A stretch of 64,000 nt of DNA from Squalus acanthias (lineage: Eukaryota), in NCBI GenBank assembly GCA_030390025.1, contig CM059433.1:18788001-18852000 (forward strand). The letters are read 5' to 3'. The stretch's first letter is position 1. Every line of letters starts with the position of its first letter. The position numbers and the translations under genes were made by a program. Shown here in pieces: positions 14,701 through 26,241 of the stretch. Under the pieces are notes generated by a model. The model worked only from the letters and a program-made list of their open reading frames with translations, was not told the DNA's origin and did no database searches.

Positions 14701-15690
14701 CATCGCGGGGAGAGAATTGGACATCGCGGGGAGAGAATTGGACATTGCGGGGAGAGAGAATCGGACATCGCGGGGAGAGAGAATCGGACATCGCGGGGAG
14801 AGAATCGGACATCGCGGGGAGAGAATCGGACATCGCGGGGGGAGAATCGGACATCGCGGGGAGACAAAATCAGACATCGCGGGGGAGAGAATCAGATATC
14901 GCGGGGGGAGAATCGGACATCGCATGGGGAGAGAATTGGACATCGCGGGGGGAGAATCGGACATCGCGGGGAGAGAATCGGACATCGCGGGGAGAGAATC
15001 GGACATCGCATGGGGAGAGAATCGGACATCGCGGGGAGAGAATTGGACATCGCGGGGGGAGAGAATCGGACATCGCGGGGAGAGAATTGGACATCGCGGG
15101 GAGAGAATTGGACATCGCGGGGGGAGAATCGGACATCGCGGGGGGAGAATCGGACATCGCGAGGAGAGAATTGGACATCGCGGGGAGAGAGAATCGGACA
15201 TCGCGGGGAGAGAATTGGACATCGCGGGGGGAGAATCGGACATCGCGGGGGGAGAATCGGACATCGCGGGGAGAGAATTGGACATCGCGGGGGGAGAATC
15301 GGACATCGCGGGGAGAGAATTGGACATCGCGGGGGGAGAATCGGACATCGCGGGGAGAGAGAATCGGACATCGCGGGGAGAGAATCGGACATCGCGGGGG
15401 GAGAATCGGACATCGCGGGGGGAGAGAATCGGACATCGTGGGGAGAGAGAATTGGACATCGCGGGGAGAGAGAATCGGACATCGCGGGGGGAGAATCGGA
15501 CATCGCGGAGAGAGAGAATCGGACATCGCGGGGGGAGTGAATCAGACATCGCGGGGAGAGAATCGGACATCGCGGGGAGAGAATCGGACATCGTGGGGAG
15601 AGAGAATCGGACATCGCGGGGGGAGAATCAGACATCGTGGGGAGAGAGAATTGGACATCGCGGGGAGAGAGAATCGGACATCGCGGGGGG
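8788..15690. repeat. Minisatellite array, 20-23 bp unit, consensus GAGAATCGGACATCGCGGGG(A/G)n, roughly 300-320 units
   Basis: Directly visible: conserved core GAATCGGACATCGCG separated by variable G/GA tracts. Copy number is array length divided by unit length. Confidence 0.99.
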
Positions 15691-16082
15691 ATTGTGGAAA
15701 TCTGATATCGCGATGGGTCGGCCGATCACGGGAGTTCATTTACGTGGACGTAAGCTTGTTGGACCTGCGGGGGAAACACGCCTTCTCCTGGCCCACAAGC
15801 AGTGCAATAAAGGGTCTTGCCTCATGGATTTGGCCCTTCTCGTCTCCTTTCATCTGTTGGGATTCCTGCGGCCCGGGAAACCCGGTCTGCAGACGATAAA
15901 ATAAATCATTAGTTCAGATCGAGGCTCACAGCTTCCTTAAAGTATCATAGTGGCCTACCCGCCTCCTGAGAGTGGATTGGTCACCCGCCCCCGACATATC
16001 TCGGTTAAAACTGGAAGTAGGCGGGCTGGAGGCGGGTTAGGGTCCGATTTCCCTTTTTTTTATTATTATTAACCCTCCTCCC

Positions 16083-16492
16083 TTTAGAAGAATGAGAGGG
16101 GATCTCATTGAAACTTATAAAATTCTCACAGGACTAGACAGACTAGATGCAGGAAGGATGTTCCCGATGGCCGGGGAGTCCAGAACCAGGGGTCACAGTC
16201 TAAGGATAAGGGGTAAGCCATTTAGGACTGAGATGAGGAGGAATTTCTTCACCCAGAGAGTGGTGAACCTGTGGAATTCTCTAGCACAGAAGACAGTTGA
16301 GGCCAACTCATTAAATATATTCAAAAAGGAGTTAGATATATTTCTTAAGGCTAAAGGGACCAAGGGATATGGGGAGAAAGCAGGGACAGGGTACTGAATT
16401 TGGATGATCAGCCATGATCGCATTGAATGGCGGAGCAGGCTCGAGGGGCCGAATGGCCTACTCCTGCTCCTATCTTCTATGATTCTATGATT
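16083..16492 (+). mobile_element. CR1 3' fragment, near-identical to 6236-6650
   Basis: MRGDLIETYKIL...GYGEKAGTGY*, 3' hairpin and ctatgatt tail. Confidence 0.95.
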
Positions 16493-16559
16493 CCCACCTC
16501 CTCCCCCACCCACCCTTGAGGTTAAAATTAACAACTAAGTCTCAGCGGGTAATTTAATC

Positions 16560-16780
16560 AAGGCGGGCATCGCAGCCAAGCCTCATCCAATCTACAGCTG
16601 ACTTCCAGACTTTCCAATGAGGGTGTCAGGACAGCGATCGGGACTTGGAGTGGGAGCCCTGGTTAAATTTTCCTCCACAAGGCCAACTATAGAATCCCTC
16701 CCAGCATCGCAGCTGGGATCAACTAATTCACTGCTTGGGGTTAAACCTGGTGCCTTCCTGTCTGGATGGTTCAGTTCTAC
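16560..16780 (-). mobile_element. Decayed tRNA-derived SINE (same family as 37955-38460 and 30245-30543)
   Basis: Minus strand cagacaggaaggcaccaggtttaacccc resembles 37994 cagacaggaagg...gattcgatcccc (B-box-like). Confidence 0.55.
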
Positions 16781-17107
16781 TTTGGGCAGTACAATTATCA
16801 ACTGATCCTTTGGGGGAACCCTGGTGTTTAACTTATTTCTGAATGATTTATTTAATTATAGAGAGCTATTGTTACAGTATAAGCCTACACATGACATTTA
16901 AAAACTTTTCTTACTCTAATAGGGTTGCTTTCTATGTACCATATGTGCAGTTTTTGAACTCCTCTGTTTCGTTCTATTTTCTACTAACGGTAGAAGGAAA
17001 GTCAAGGTAAATATAATTTGCTATCTGCCTGACTAATTGGATTAGATTCTGCTTCTTAATAAAATTGTGTACGTCTGTGGGAAACACCTTTTTCATCGAA
17101 GTAAATT

Positions 17108-17878
17108 GCAGGTAACATTTGCGCCACACAAGTGCCAGGCATTGACCATCTCCAACAAGCAAGCGTCTAACCACCGCCCCTTGACATTCAACGGCATTAC
17201 CATCGCCGAATCCCCCACCATCAACATCCTGGGGGGTCACCATTGACCAGAAACATAACTGGACCAGCCACATAAATACTCTGGCAAAAAGAGCAGGTCA
17301 GAGGCTGGGTATTCTACGGCGAGTGTCTCACCTCCTGACTCCCCAATGCCTTTCCACCATCTACAAGGCACAAGTAAGGAGTGTGATGGAATACTCTCCA
17401 ACAACACTCAAGAAGCTCGACACCATCCAGGACAAAGCAGCCCGCTTGATTGGCACCCCATCCGCCACCTTAAACATTCACTCCCTCCACCACCAGCGTA
17501 CCGTGGCTGCAGTGTGTACCATCTACAAGATGCACTGCAGCAACTCGCCAAGGCTTCTTCGGCAGCACCTCCCAAACCCGCGACCTCTTCCACCTAGAAG
17601 GACAAGGGGCAGCAGGCGCATGGGAACACCATCACCTCCAAGTTCCCCTCCAAGTCACACACCATCCTGACTTAGAAGTATATCGCCGATCCTTCATCGT
17701 CGCTGGGTCAAAATCCTGGAACTCCCTCCCTAACAGCACTGTGGGAGTACCTTCACCACACGGACTGCAGCGGTTCAAGAAGGCGGCTCACCACCACCTT
17801 CTCAAGGGCAATTAGGGATGGGCAATAAATGCTGGCCTTGCCAGCGACACCCACATCCCATGAACGAATAAAAAAAAA
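17108..17878 (+). mobile_element. LINE family B 3' fragment
   Basis: Co-linear with 63175-63693; ends gaataaaaaaaaa. Confidence 0.92.
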
Positions 17879-18364
17879 TATGAGGTGGCTAAAGCCCAGA
17901 TTTCCATTCAACTTTCAACTGGTGGAAAATAGACAGGGATTTCATGAGCATCTTAAAAAAAAAATACCTATCCTCCATTTATATTTTAACTTACTTGTAT
18001 AGCAAAGTTTATGTTTTCACCTCTCCCGTTCTGGTTACATTTTGTCTGGGATATTGAATTCCACCATAATTACTGAATTACAATACAGTGCAACCTCTCC
18101 CGCTTGCCGAAACAGCGCACAAAACCTGCACTAAACATTTTCATCTGTCTTATGCTTTTAGCTCGAAGATATGCGCAGTTTCTGAAGGAGAGTCTTCCGG
18201 ATGCATAAATAACATCAGTCACCTTCTCAGGAGCCACTTGTGCTGTACTTTGCACGGCTCATTGAGAATTGGCAATTTAGATATCAACAACACAGGTATG
18301 AGCAGTAAACATATCACTGCTGTATATTATTCAGCGTACTGCACCATGAATCGATATCATATAT

Positions 18365-19018
18365 CACCACACGGACTGCAGCGGTTCAGGAAGGCAGCTC
18401 ACCACCACCATCTCAAGGGTAATTAGGGATGGGCAATAAATGCTGGCCTTGCCAGCGACGCCCACATCCCATGAACGAATTTTTTTTAAATATTGACCCA
18501 ATTATTAACGTGTAAATTACTGCGGAATAACTGCCACATGATACCAATTTTTTTAATATTTTTGTTGTTCGCTTCTGGGATCTGGGCATCGCTGGCAAGG
18601 CCAGCATTTATTGCCCATCCCTAGTTGCCCTTGAGAAGGTGGCGGTGAGCCGCCTTCTTGAACCGCTGCAGTCCGTGTGGTGATGGTACTCCCACAGTGC
18701 TGTTAGGGAGGGAGTTCCAGGATTTTGACCCAGCGACGATGAAGGATCGGCGATATACTTCTAAGTCAGGATGGTGGGTGACTTGGAGGGGAACTTGGAG
18801 GTGGTGGTGTTCCCACGTGCCTGCTTCCCTTGTCCTTCTAGATGGAAGAAGTCGCGGGTTTGGGAGGTGCTGCCGAAGAAGCCTTGGCAAGTTGCTGCAG
18901 TGCATCTTGTAGATGGTACACAATGCAGCCATGGTACGCTGGTGGTGGAGGGAGTGAATGTTTAAGGTGGTGGATGGGGTGCCAATCAAGCGGGCTGCTT
19001 TGTCCTGGATGGTGTCAA
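18365..19018. mobile_element. Tail-to-tail LINE family B fragments (+ 18365-18481; - 18565-19018)
   Basis: Same 3' terminal sequence in opposite orientations. Confidence 0.9.
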
Positions 19019-19280
19019 GAAGGTTTGAGCTTAATTAATCAAACTGAATGGGACAAAAAAATATCAAGTACGCTATAGAATACCAACAGTTTGAATAAAA
19101 GCTATTCAGTCTTTAGGTGGAATGAAACCAGGAGGCATAAGTTTCTCATTCAGCAGAGCATTGAAGGAGATTCCTTTCTAAAGCACCACTAACACTGAAC
19201 ATTAACTGCAGATGCAAGAAAGGAATAGGTTGCCTGTTTCAAGTTATTTTCTTGCATATTATCCATTAATGTCCACTTGC

Positions 19281-19409
19281 CTTGCTCCATAATTGTTTCA
19301 CAATGCCCTCCATCGCTTCGGTCTTCAGTTACATTTTGCTCAGCTTTATCCAACATTCGGCAATTCTTAACCAATTGTGCTGCCGCTGATTGTAACAGTG
19401 CATCCAATT
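19281..19409 (-). CDS. Candidate exon D ((E)LDALLQSAAAQLVKNCRMLDKAEQNVTEDRSDGGHCETIMEQ)
   Basis: Acceptor tttttaactttacaatag; 129 nt, phase 1->1; GC-type donor AAG|GCAAGT, otherwise read-through to a stop at 19189; non-repetitive. Confidence 0.55.
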
Positions 19410-19460
19410 CTATTGTAAAGTTAAAAATATAGATTTTTCAAAGAAAAAAGTGAAAATATT

Positions 19461-20204
19461 GGCCCAGAAATTGATCTCGCTCTGTTCCCGCGGGGGTAAG
19501 CCTTTCCCGCGATGTCTCACCTCGCTTATGCTTTTTCTGATCCAGCTCGCACGAAATTGATGTTCCAGACATCAGCTGTGCTGGGCTTGCGTATCCCAGC
19601 GGCGTAGTTAATTCGTGCGAGCTGTGGGATCACGTGACTCAGTTAGAGCCAATGGCAGCACACCATCTTCCATTCATAAGTCTCACAGCATGGCTGAGAG
19701 ACTTATGAATCTTACACCCCCCCAAAATAACAGCTAAACCTCAATTAAATTTAAAAAAAAAACCATCACATTAATAAAATAAGTATAGTTAATTAAATTA
19801 ACCATTTTAAATAAAAAATTAAATTTTTGAAAAAATTTAAAATCTTTTAAAAAGTTATAAAAATAAACTTACCTGTCTTTAAAGTCTATAAAAAAGATAT
19901 ACCTGTAAAAAAAAATTCAAAAAAATACTTAATTCACTACTTACCTTCTTAAAAGCGGGTCTTACTCCTCCTTTTTACATTTCCAAAATCTTCAGTACTT
20001 ACCTGCGCGTCCAAAGCATGAAGTGCACAGCGTGCGCGCAGCCTGTAGCGCGCACGCGATGCACTCCGGCCCCGCCCCCTTTTCGGAAGAGCAATTGCCG
20101 GTTTTCAGCGCATGCGCAGGGCATGCAGAAAACCGGCAATTGGAGTGGGAATACGCGAGAGTATGCAGTGCGTACTCTCGCGTCCCGGGATCAATTTTCG
20201 GCCC
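19461..20204. mobile_element. MITE-like non-autonomous DNA transposon with internal hairpins
   Basis: TIR ggcccagaaattgatc / gatcaattttcggccc (13/16); no clean TSD. Confidence 0.7.
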
Positions 20205-21054
20205 GATATCTTACTTATCCAAGATTAAAATCATAGGAAATCACAGGTTGGAGATTGGGTCTGGATTTCTTTGAAGATTCAGCGTTAATTTCACGAAATA
20301 CTGAAGCCAACCAGATTTCAGTGTGAAGGTTGACGAGTGATAATGTGGCATGGTTGCAGGTATTTCTCATGTGCTTTTTAACGGAGGTTATCGCTATATT
20401 GCTTTCGTATTCAGAACACTCAGAGCAGAAGAAAAGAGGAGGAAGCTCTTAGGATTGTGTATCGTCGACCCAAGTTTCATCAATACCTTGATGGTCAACA
20501 GTTTAACCTGATCATCAACTCGCGGCAACTTTATGTCGGAAGAATGGCATTCGTTAATTAGCAGCCCAGATGCAATATTGTTATCGGCCTGATCATGTAA
20601 CAGTGAATACAGAAAAACTACCCTCCAAAAGAATGCCAATTATCCTTTCCAATTAACCTTGGAGATTACACATGGTGACAAGACTGATGTAGCTGTTGTG
20701 TTTTATTTCAGCCAGGAGTTAGAAAAGAAATACCATTTTAAAAGGGAGGATTGGAAGTTAAACCTGTCGTGAGTAATGTGTTAGCACCATTTGATGCCCC
20801 AAAGGAATGATCTGGCAGTACACTAAGGACATTTAATATGCACATCCATGTCTTAATTTCCACAAAGGAGCCGGATCCTGGATCTGCGACATGGTGGGCA
20901 CCCAAGAATGTACAAGATTACAAGAGTTCAGGGGGTTGAAGTTCTTCCAACTCATTTGATTTTATCCTTACAGAATATTAATCCCACGGATTTCCCACCG
21001 TCGCATCTTGCTGTTGGCGTGATAGCAACCAAACCACGTGGAGAGTGTAAACAA

Positions 21055-21230
21055 AAGGTAAAACTCCAGATGCTGCACATCTGGAAGCAAAACGAAGAAT
21101 GCTGGAAACAGTCAGCAGATCAAGAGTTCTGACGGTGTTCTGACCAAGGGTCTGCACCTGGAACGTTAACTCATCTGTTCTCTCCACAGGTGCTGCCTAA
21201 CCTGCTGAGTGTTTCCAGCATTTTTCTGTT
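21055..21230. mobile_element. Short inverted-repeat Penelope-like element, family 2 (decayed hammerhead core)
   Basis: gaatgctggaaaca... / ...tgtttccagcatt arms; central gttctgaccaagggtctgcacctggaacgttaac. Confidence 0.65.
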
Positions 21231-21404
21231 AATCTTTCAGGGGGAAATGTTACGTATTTGGGGCGTTATTATAATTGGGTATCCACTAGCGATACTATAT
21301 AAATAACTGGAATAAAAATGGCCAGGAAAATATTTTTTTTTAAAAGCAGTGGCTGATCATAAAAGCCTGTGTTATTTGCTTGAGCTGCCCTGTGCCGGTC
21401 AGTT

Positions 21405-23210
21405 AGAATCATAGAAATTTACGGCACAGCAGGAGGCCATTCGGCCCATCGTGTCTGTGCCGGCCGAAAAAGAGCTCTCCAGCCTAATCCCACTTTCCAG
21501 CTCTTGGTCCGTAGCCTTGTAGGTTACAGCACTTCAAGTGCATATCCTTTTTAAATGCGATGAGGGTTTCAGCCTCTACCACACTTTCAGACAGTGAGTT
21601 CCAGACCCCCATCACCCTCTGGGTGAAAAAAGTTCTCCTCAACTCCCCTCTAATCCTTCTACCAATTACATTTAATCTATGCCCCCTGGTTAGTGACATC
21701 TCTGATAGGGGAAATAGGTCCTTCCTATCCACTCTATCTAGGCCCCTCATAATTTTATACACCTCAATTAAGTCTCCCCTCAGCCTCCTCTGTTCCAAAG
21801 AAAACAACCCCAGCCTATCCAATCTTTCCTCAAAGCTAAAATTCTCCAGTCCTGGAAACGTCCTCGTAATTCTCCTCTGCACCCTCTCTAGTGTAATCAC
21901 ATCTTTCCTGTAATGTGGTGACCAGACCTGTACACAATACTCTAGCTGTGGCCTAACTAGTGTTTTATACAGTTCTAGCATAACCTCCCTGCTCTTATAT
22001 TCTATGCCTCGGCTAATAAAGGAAAGTATCCCTTATGCCTTCTTAACCACCTTATCTACCTGTCCTGCTACCTTCAGGGATCTCTGGACATGTACTCCAA
22101 GGTCCCTCTGTTCCTCTACACTTGCCTTCTTAGCCCTCCCCAAGTGCATTACCTCACACTTCTCCAGATTGAATTCCATTTGCCACTTTTCTGCCCACCT
22201 GACCAGTCCATCTTCCTGCAGTCTACAGCTTTCTTCCTCACTATCAACCACATGGCCAATTTTTGTATCATCTGCAAACTTCTTAATCATGCCCCCTACA
22301 TTGAAGTCTAAGTCATTGATATATACCACAAAAAGCAAGGGACCTAATACTGAGCCCTGCGGAACCCCACTGGAAACAGCCTTCCAATCACAAAATCATA
22401 AGTCGACCATTACCCTTTGCTTCCTGCCACTGAGCCAATTTTGGATCCAACTTGCCACTTTCCCTTGGATCTCATGAGCTCTTAGTTTTATGACCAGTCT
22501 GCCATGTGGGACCTTGTCAAAGGCCTTGCTAAAATCCATGTAGACTACATCAAACGCGCTACCCTCATCGACCCTCCTTGTTACCTCCTCAAAAAATTAA
22601 ATCAAGTTAGTCAGACACGACCTTCCCTTAACAGATCTATGCTGAATATCCTTGATTAATCCGTGCCTTTCTAAATGATGATTAATACTGTCCCTCAGAA
22701 TTTTTTCCAATAATTTGCCCACCACCGAGGTTAGGCTGGCTGGCCTGTAATTACTCAGTCTATCCCTTTCTCCCTTAAACAACGGTATAACTGACATGAA
22801 TCTTGTCATTCATGTATGAAGTAATACTGGGCGGCCTGCTGGTGGCGCTGTCCAGGGAGAGTATAAATACTCCGGCATGGGCCCAGCTTGCTTAGGACAT
22901 TCCTCAACAGGAACTAGTGAAGGACACAACTAGATCTCCATGTTGAAAAACAGTTGATTAAAGCTTTGTTTAATGCTTAGACCAAGTGCCTAGTAGTTTT
23001 CTTCCGTCAATAACATTAGCAGTCCTCCAGTCCTCCAGTCCTCCGGCACCACACCTGTAGCTACAGAGGATTGGAAAATGACGGTCAGAGCCTCTGCTGT
23101 TTCCTCCCTTGCTTCTCTAAACAGCCTGGGATACATTTCATCCAGGCCTGGTGATTTATCTACTTTCAAAGATGCTAAACCCCTTAATACTTCCTCTCTC
23201 TTAGTTATTT
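21405..23210 (-). mobile_element. CR1 ORF2 RT fragment (different subfamily) interrupted by a solo LTR
   Basis: NYRPASLTSVVGK, KFADDTKIG, LEYCVQVWSP, FFTQRV motifs; tail tagaatcatagaa at about 21404. Confidence 0.93.
22792..23009 (+). mobile_element. 218-bp solo LTR
   Basis: TGAC...GTCA termini; 5-bp TSD ATAAC (22787-91, 23010-14); TATAAATA 22862; ATTAAA 22957; CR1 sequence resumes on both sides. Confidence 0.8.
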
Positions 23211-23702
23211 TATTTTATCTGAATAATATACAGAAATAATTTCATTCATGTATGCATAAGCAATTTAACAGACAGTATATAATACACAAAAGTTGTACCT
23301 ATCATGTAATAAACATTACGCCAAACAAATACTCAGCAGGTTAAATTCATATTTTCACTGCATTATTGTTGCGTTCCTATTAATTGCGTGTTTAAATTAT
23401 GCCTTGTGATTCCGGTTTACAAATAAGACATTCTAAAATTAATTATGCTCCTCGGGAACAATTACAGTCCCTAATATTAAGAACTACAATATTTAAAAAA
23501 TCCTCTAAGAATTTCCAAATATGTATAAACAATTTTAATTTCCGTAATCCGCTGGTGTTTGGATAAATGAATAACTGATTCGAACACAATTTTTGTAGCA
23601 TTCACATTGTACAGATAGTCCCAGCCCAGCAGAACATTTCTGATACTTTTATGCCCTGCGCACATTTATCAGGATCCGACTACAGTATTCATTAAATCAG
23701 AC

Positions 23703-23777
23703 CATCTTCAGATGAGAATGCTCGGCAATCTTGTTCAGATGTTGATATTCCATTTCCGACATAGTCATCATTCATAT
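23703..23777 (-). CDS. Candidate exon C ((N)MNDDYVGNGISTSEQDCRAFSSED)
   Basis: Acceptor gtctttttcag; 75 nt, phase 1->1, compatible with exons B and D; weak donor ATG|GTCTGA. Confidence 0.45.
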
Positions 23778-24431
23778 CTGAAAAAGACATCTTTAAATGA
23801 AAAAGCAAACCTTTCAAATAACATGACCTTGCAGAGGTAAATTCTGCTTTTACTAAAAATATCACCAAATACAGATGAGCACTACTAAATCTAAGTAAAG
23901 GCTGTTAATTGGTCAGGTGCGCAGAATCATAATTGACAAATAAATAAACGACAGCAATGAATTATGGTTACATTACAAAAATAGGCGAGACTTCATTTCA
24001 ACCAAATCCTTTGCCGATCACTAATGTGTCAAAGGATATTACAATCTGCTATAACTACACAAATCTATTCAGTCCCAAATGTGCCAATGTACTGTTTCAG
24101 CTATACTACGCTATATACTATAGTACTGATCCGAGACCAAAGCTGCAGACAGCAAAACCAAAGTCATACTGTGGGCTGCGGTTTGCATTTTGCTCACGAT
24201 CACATGCACAGCTCTGCTTCCCCAGGTGGCTATTTTCTTTAGTGTTAGGAGAGATTAGCTGCAGCATCTGCTTAGTAATGACATGTTTTTTTTTAAACTC
24301 TGTGTTACGTTTGTGAAGGGCTCTGGAGAGTCAACTGTCTGCCTGACCAACTTTTTAAACTTGGCTTCACAGCCGACTGAAGTTGGACTATGCTCAGTGT
24401 GAAGCCCAAATGGTCAATAAAAAAGGGAAAA

Positions 24432-24607
24432 AAACGCAAATGCTGGAAACCAGAAATAAACACAGAAAAATGCTGGAAATACACAGCAAACCAGTCAGCA
24501 TCTGTAAAGAGAAAAATCTGATGAAGCATACAAACCTGAAATAGCACAACCTGTCTTTTACAGATACTGACTGCCCTGCTGCGTATTTCCAGCATTTTCT
24601 GTTTTTA
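24432..24607. mobile_element. Short inverted-repeat Penelope-like element, family 2
   Basis: Arms aaatgctggaaatacacagca..cagcatctgtaaa / tttacagatactga..tgctgcgtatttccagcatttt around ctgatgaag...cctgaaa. Confidence 0.65.
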
Positions 24608-25451
24608 GTTTGGTGTGAGACAGTCTTCTGGAGAGGGAGTCTCACAACTCTTCCTACCCTGTGGAGTGCACTTTGATGGGAAGGCTTGACCCTGAGAGCT
24701 ATGCTGGCAGGAGTCTCACTCCTGGTAGGGGCCACCCAAGCCAGGCAGTTTGAAAGGTAGGAGCCAAACTAAAGGCAGCCCAGTCCACCGCTAGTCTTGG
24801 AAAGAGGTCATGAGTCATGTTAATGACCCTTCCACGTAAAAATGTCTTTCGTTACGGAAACGACCCAGAGACAAGACGAGACTTGTTACAGATTTGGAAA
24901 TATCAGCATCGACTGTAGAGAACCACAAACTGCTGGATGTAAGGCAAGATGATACTCTGATCTGAGTCAAGTACCATGCTCTGGACAGATAGTAGGGTTG
25001 TCTCATGTGCCAATAGGCAATAGGAGGCTCGAACTTACAACCCTTGGCTTCAGTGCACTCGGGAGTCAGTTTGGATCGAACTGCTGAGTTAGACTCACAC
25101 TCTCAAGTTTATGTACATCCGAAACTGCTTCCCATCAGCTGGGAAGTTGGAGTATAATTCAGCCTTAAATGCATGTACTCTTCCATTGGGAATCAACCTG
25201 GCTGTAAAAACAATTGGAATTTCAGATTTCCAACGGTAATTCCACCATGGGGTCATCAGCCATCCCAGGACATTCCACCTACTTAAAACCAGTAGGGGAA
25301 CAAATCTCTGCACTAGGAGAATGCAAATTCATTAAAAAAATCTATCATGCAGTCGATTCTCTGCAATGTTTTGCAGCAATGACTGAAAGCATTTCCGGAG
25401 AGTGAACTCTCAAGTCGAGCGTTGAAGACTCGATACACCACAGCAACTAAC

Positions 25452-25695
25452 AGGGTTGTGAAACCTGTGAATCTTTTGAATTCTCTACCCCAGAGGGCTG
25501 TGGATGCTCAGTTGTTGAGTATATTCAAGACTGAGATCGATAGAGTTTTGGATACTAAGGGAAGCAAGGGCTATGCGGATAGTGCGGGAAGGTGGAGTTG
25601 AGGTAAAAGATCAGCCATGATCTTATTGAACGGCAGAGCAGACTCGAATGGGCCGAATGGCCTACTCCTGCTCCTATTTCTTATATTGTTATGTG
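25452..25695 (+). mobile_element. CR1 3' end
   Basis: gaattctctaccccagagggctgtgga; hairpin ggccgaatggcctactcctgctcc. Confidence 0.85.
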
Positions 25696-25982
25696 CTTAA
25701 CGTCTTGCAAAACTGAGCCAAGAGATTGCAAAAGCCATCATTAGGAGTGCTCCAGAGGATGTTGTGGGTGATAATTTTCTGCGGCCGTGCACCATGTGCA
25801 GTAGCGGAGTGGAGGCTACAACACTGTAGTCCTTTCTGACCTGCACTCGCTGATATCAATGCTCAGTGCTGCGAGTGGAGACTCACAAAATCAGCTCCCT
25901 AATGTAGGTCGAACTCAAATGTCATGTTATAAGTTCAGAAGTCGCACAACACCAGGTTATAGTCCAACAGATTTATTTAATT

Positions 25983-26021
25983 TTACAAGCTTTCGGAGCT
26001 GTTCGCTCCTTCTTCAGGTAA
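25983..26021 (-). ncRNA. Minimal type-I hammerhead ribozyme motif
   Basis: TTAC-CTGAAGA-A-GGAGC(gaaca)GCTCC-GAAA-GCTT-GTAA. Confidence 0.75.
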
Positions 26022-26241
26022 GGTAGCTGTGAGAGAATCTCCCAGAATTCACAATATAAACACAGAAAAAATCTATTCAAATCTTTCCCTACATCAAAGA
26101 CACACTAAGAGCACAGCCAAGACAATGAGATGTGTCCCAGGGGGTCCAACGTGTCAAAACACCTGCTGGCTGCATATCCTCTCCATTTGTTGTGTTAGTC
26201 TTTTTAAAACAAAACCTGGAAAGACCGGCCATGATGTCAAG

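Noticed and set aside
8788..15690. CRISPR-like array or giant protein-coding genes (1961, 1891, 1415 aa ORFs)
   Set aside because: No unique spacers and no cas genes; ORFs occur in all frames simply because the unit lacks stops.
18162..18295. Plus-strand exon-like segment (ttttag...CAG|GTATGA)
   Set aside because: Good splice sites but no compatible partner exons or recognisable peptide; unresolved, possibly non-coding or chance.
20415..20588. Exon-like open segments on both strands
   Set aside because: The minus version is phase-incompatible with C and D; the plus version has no partners.
25099..25202. Minus-strand exon candidate (RLIPNGRVHAFKAELYSNF...)
   Set aside because: Entry phase fits exon B but exit phase gives a stop in exon C; would need an unseen exon.
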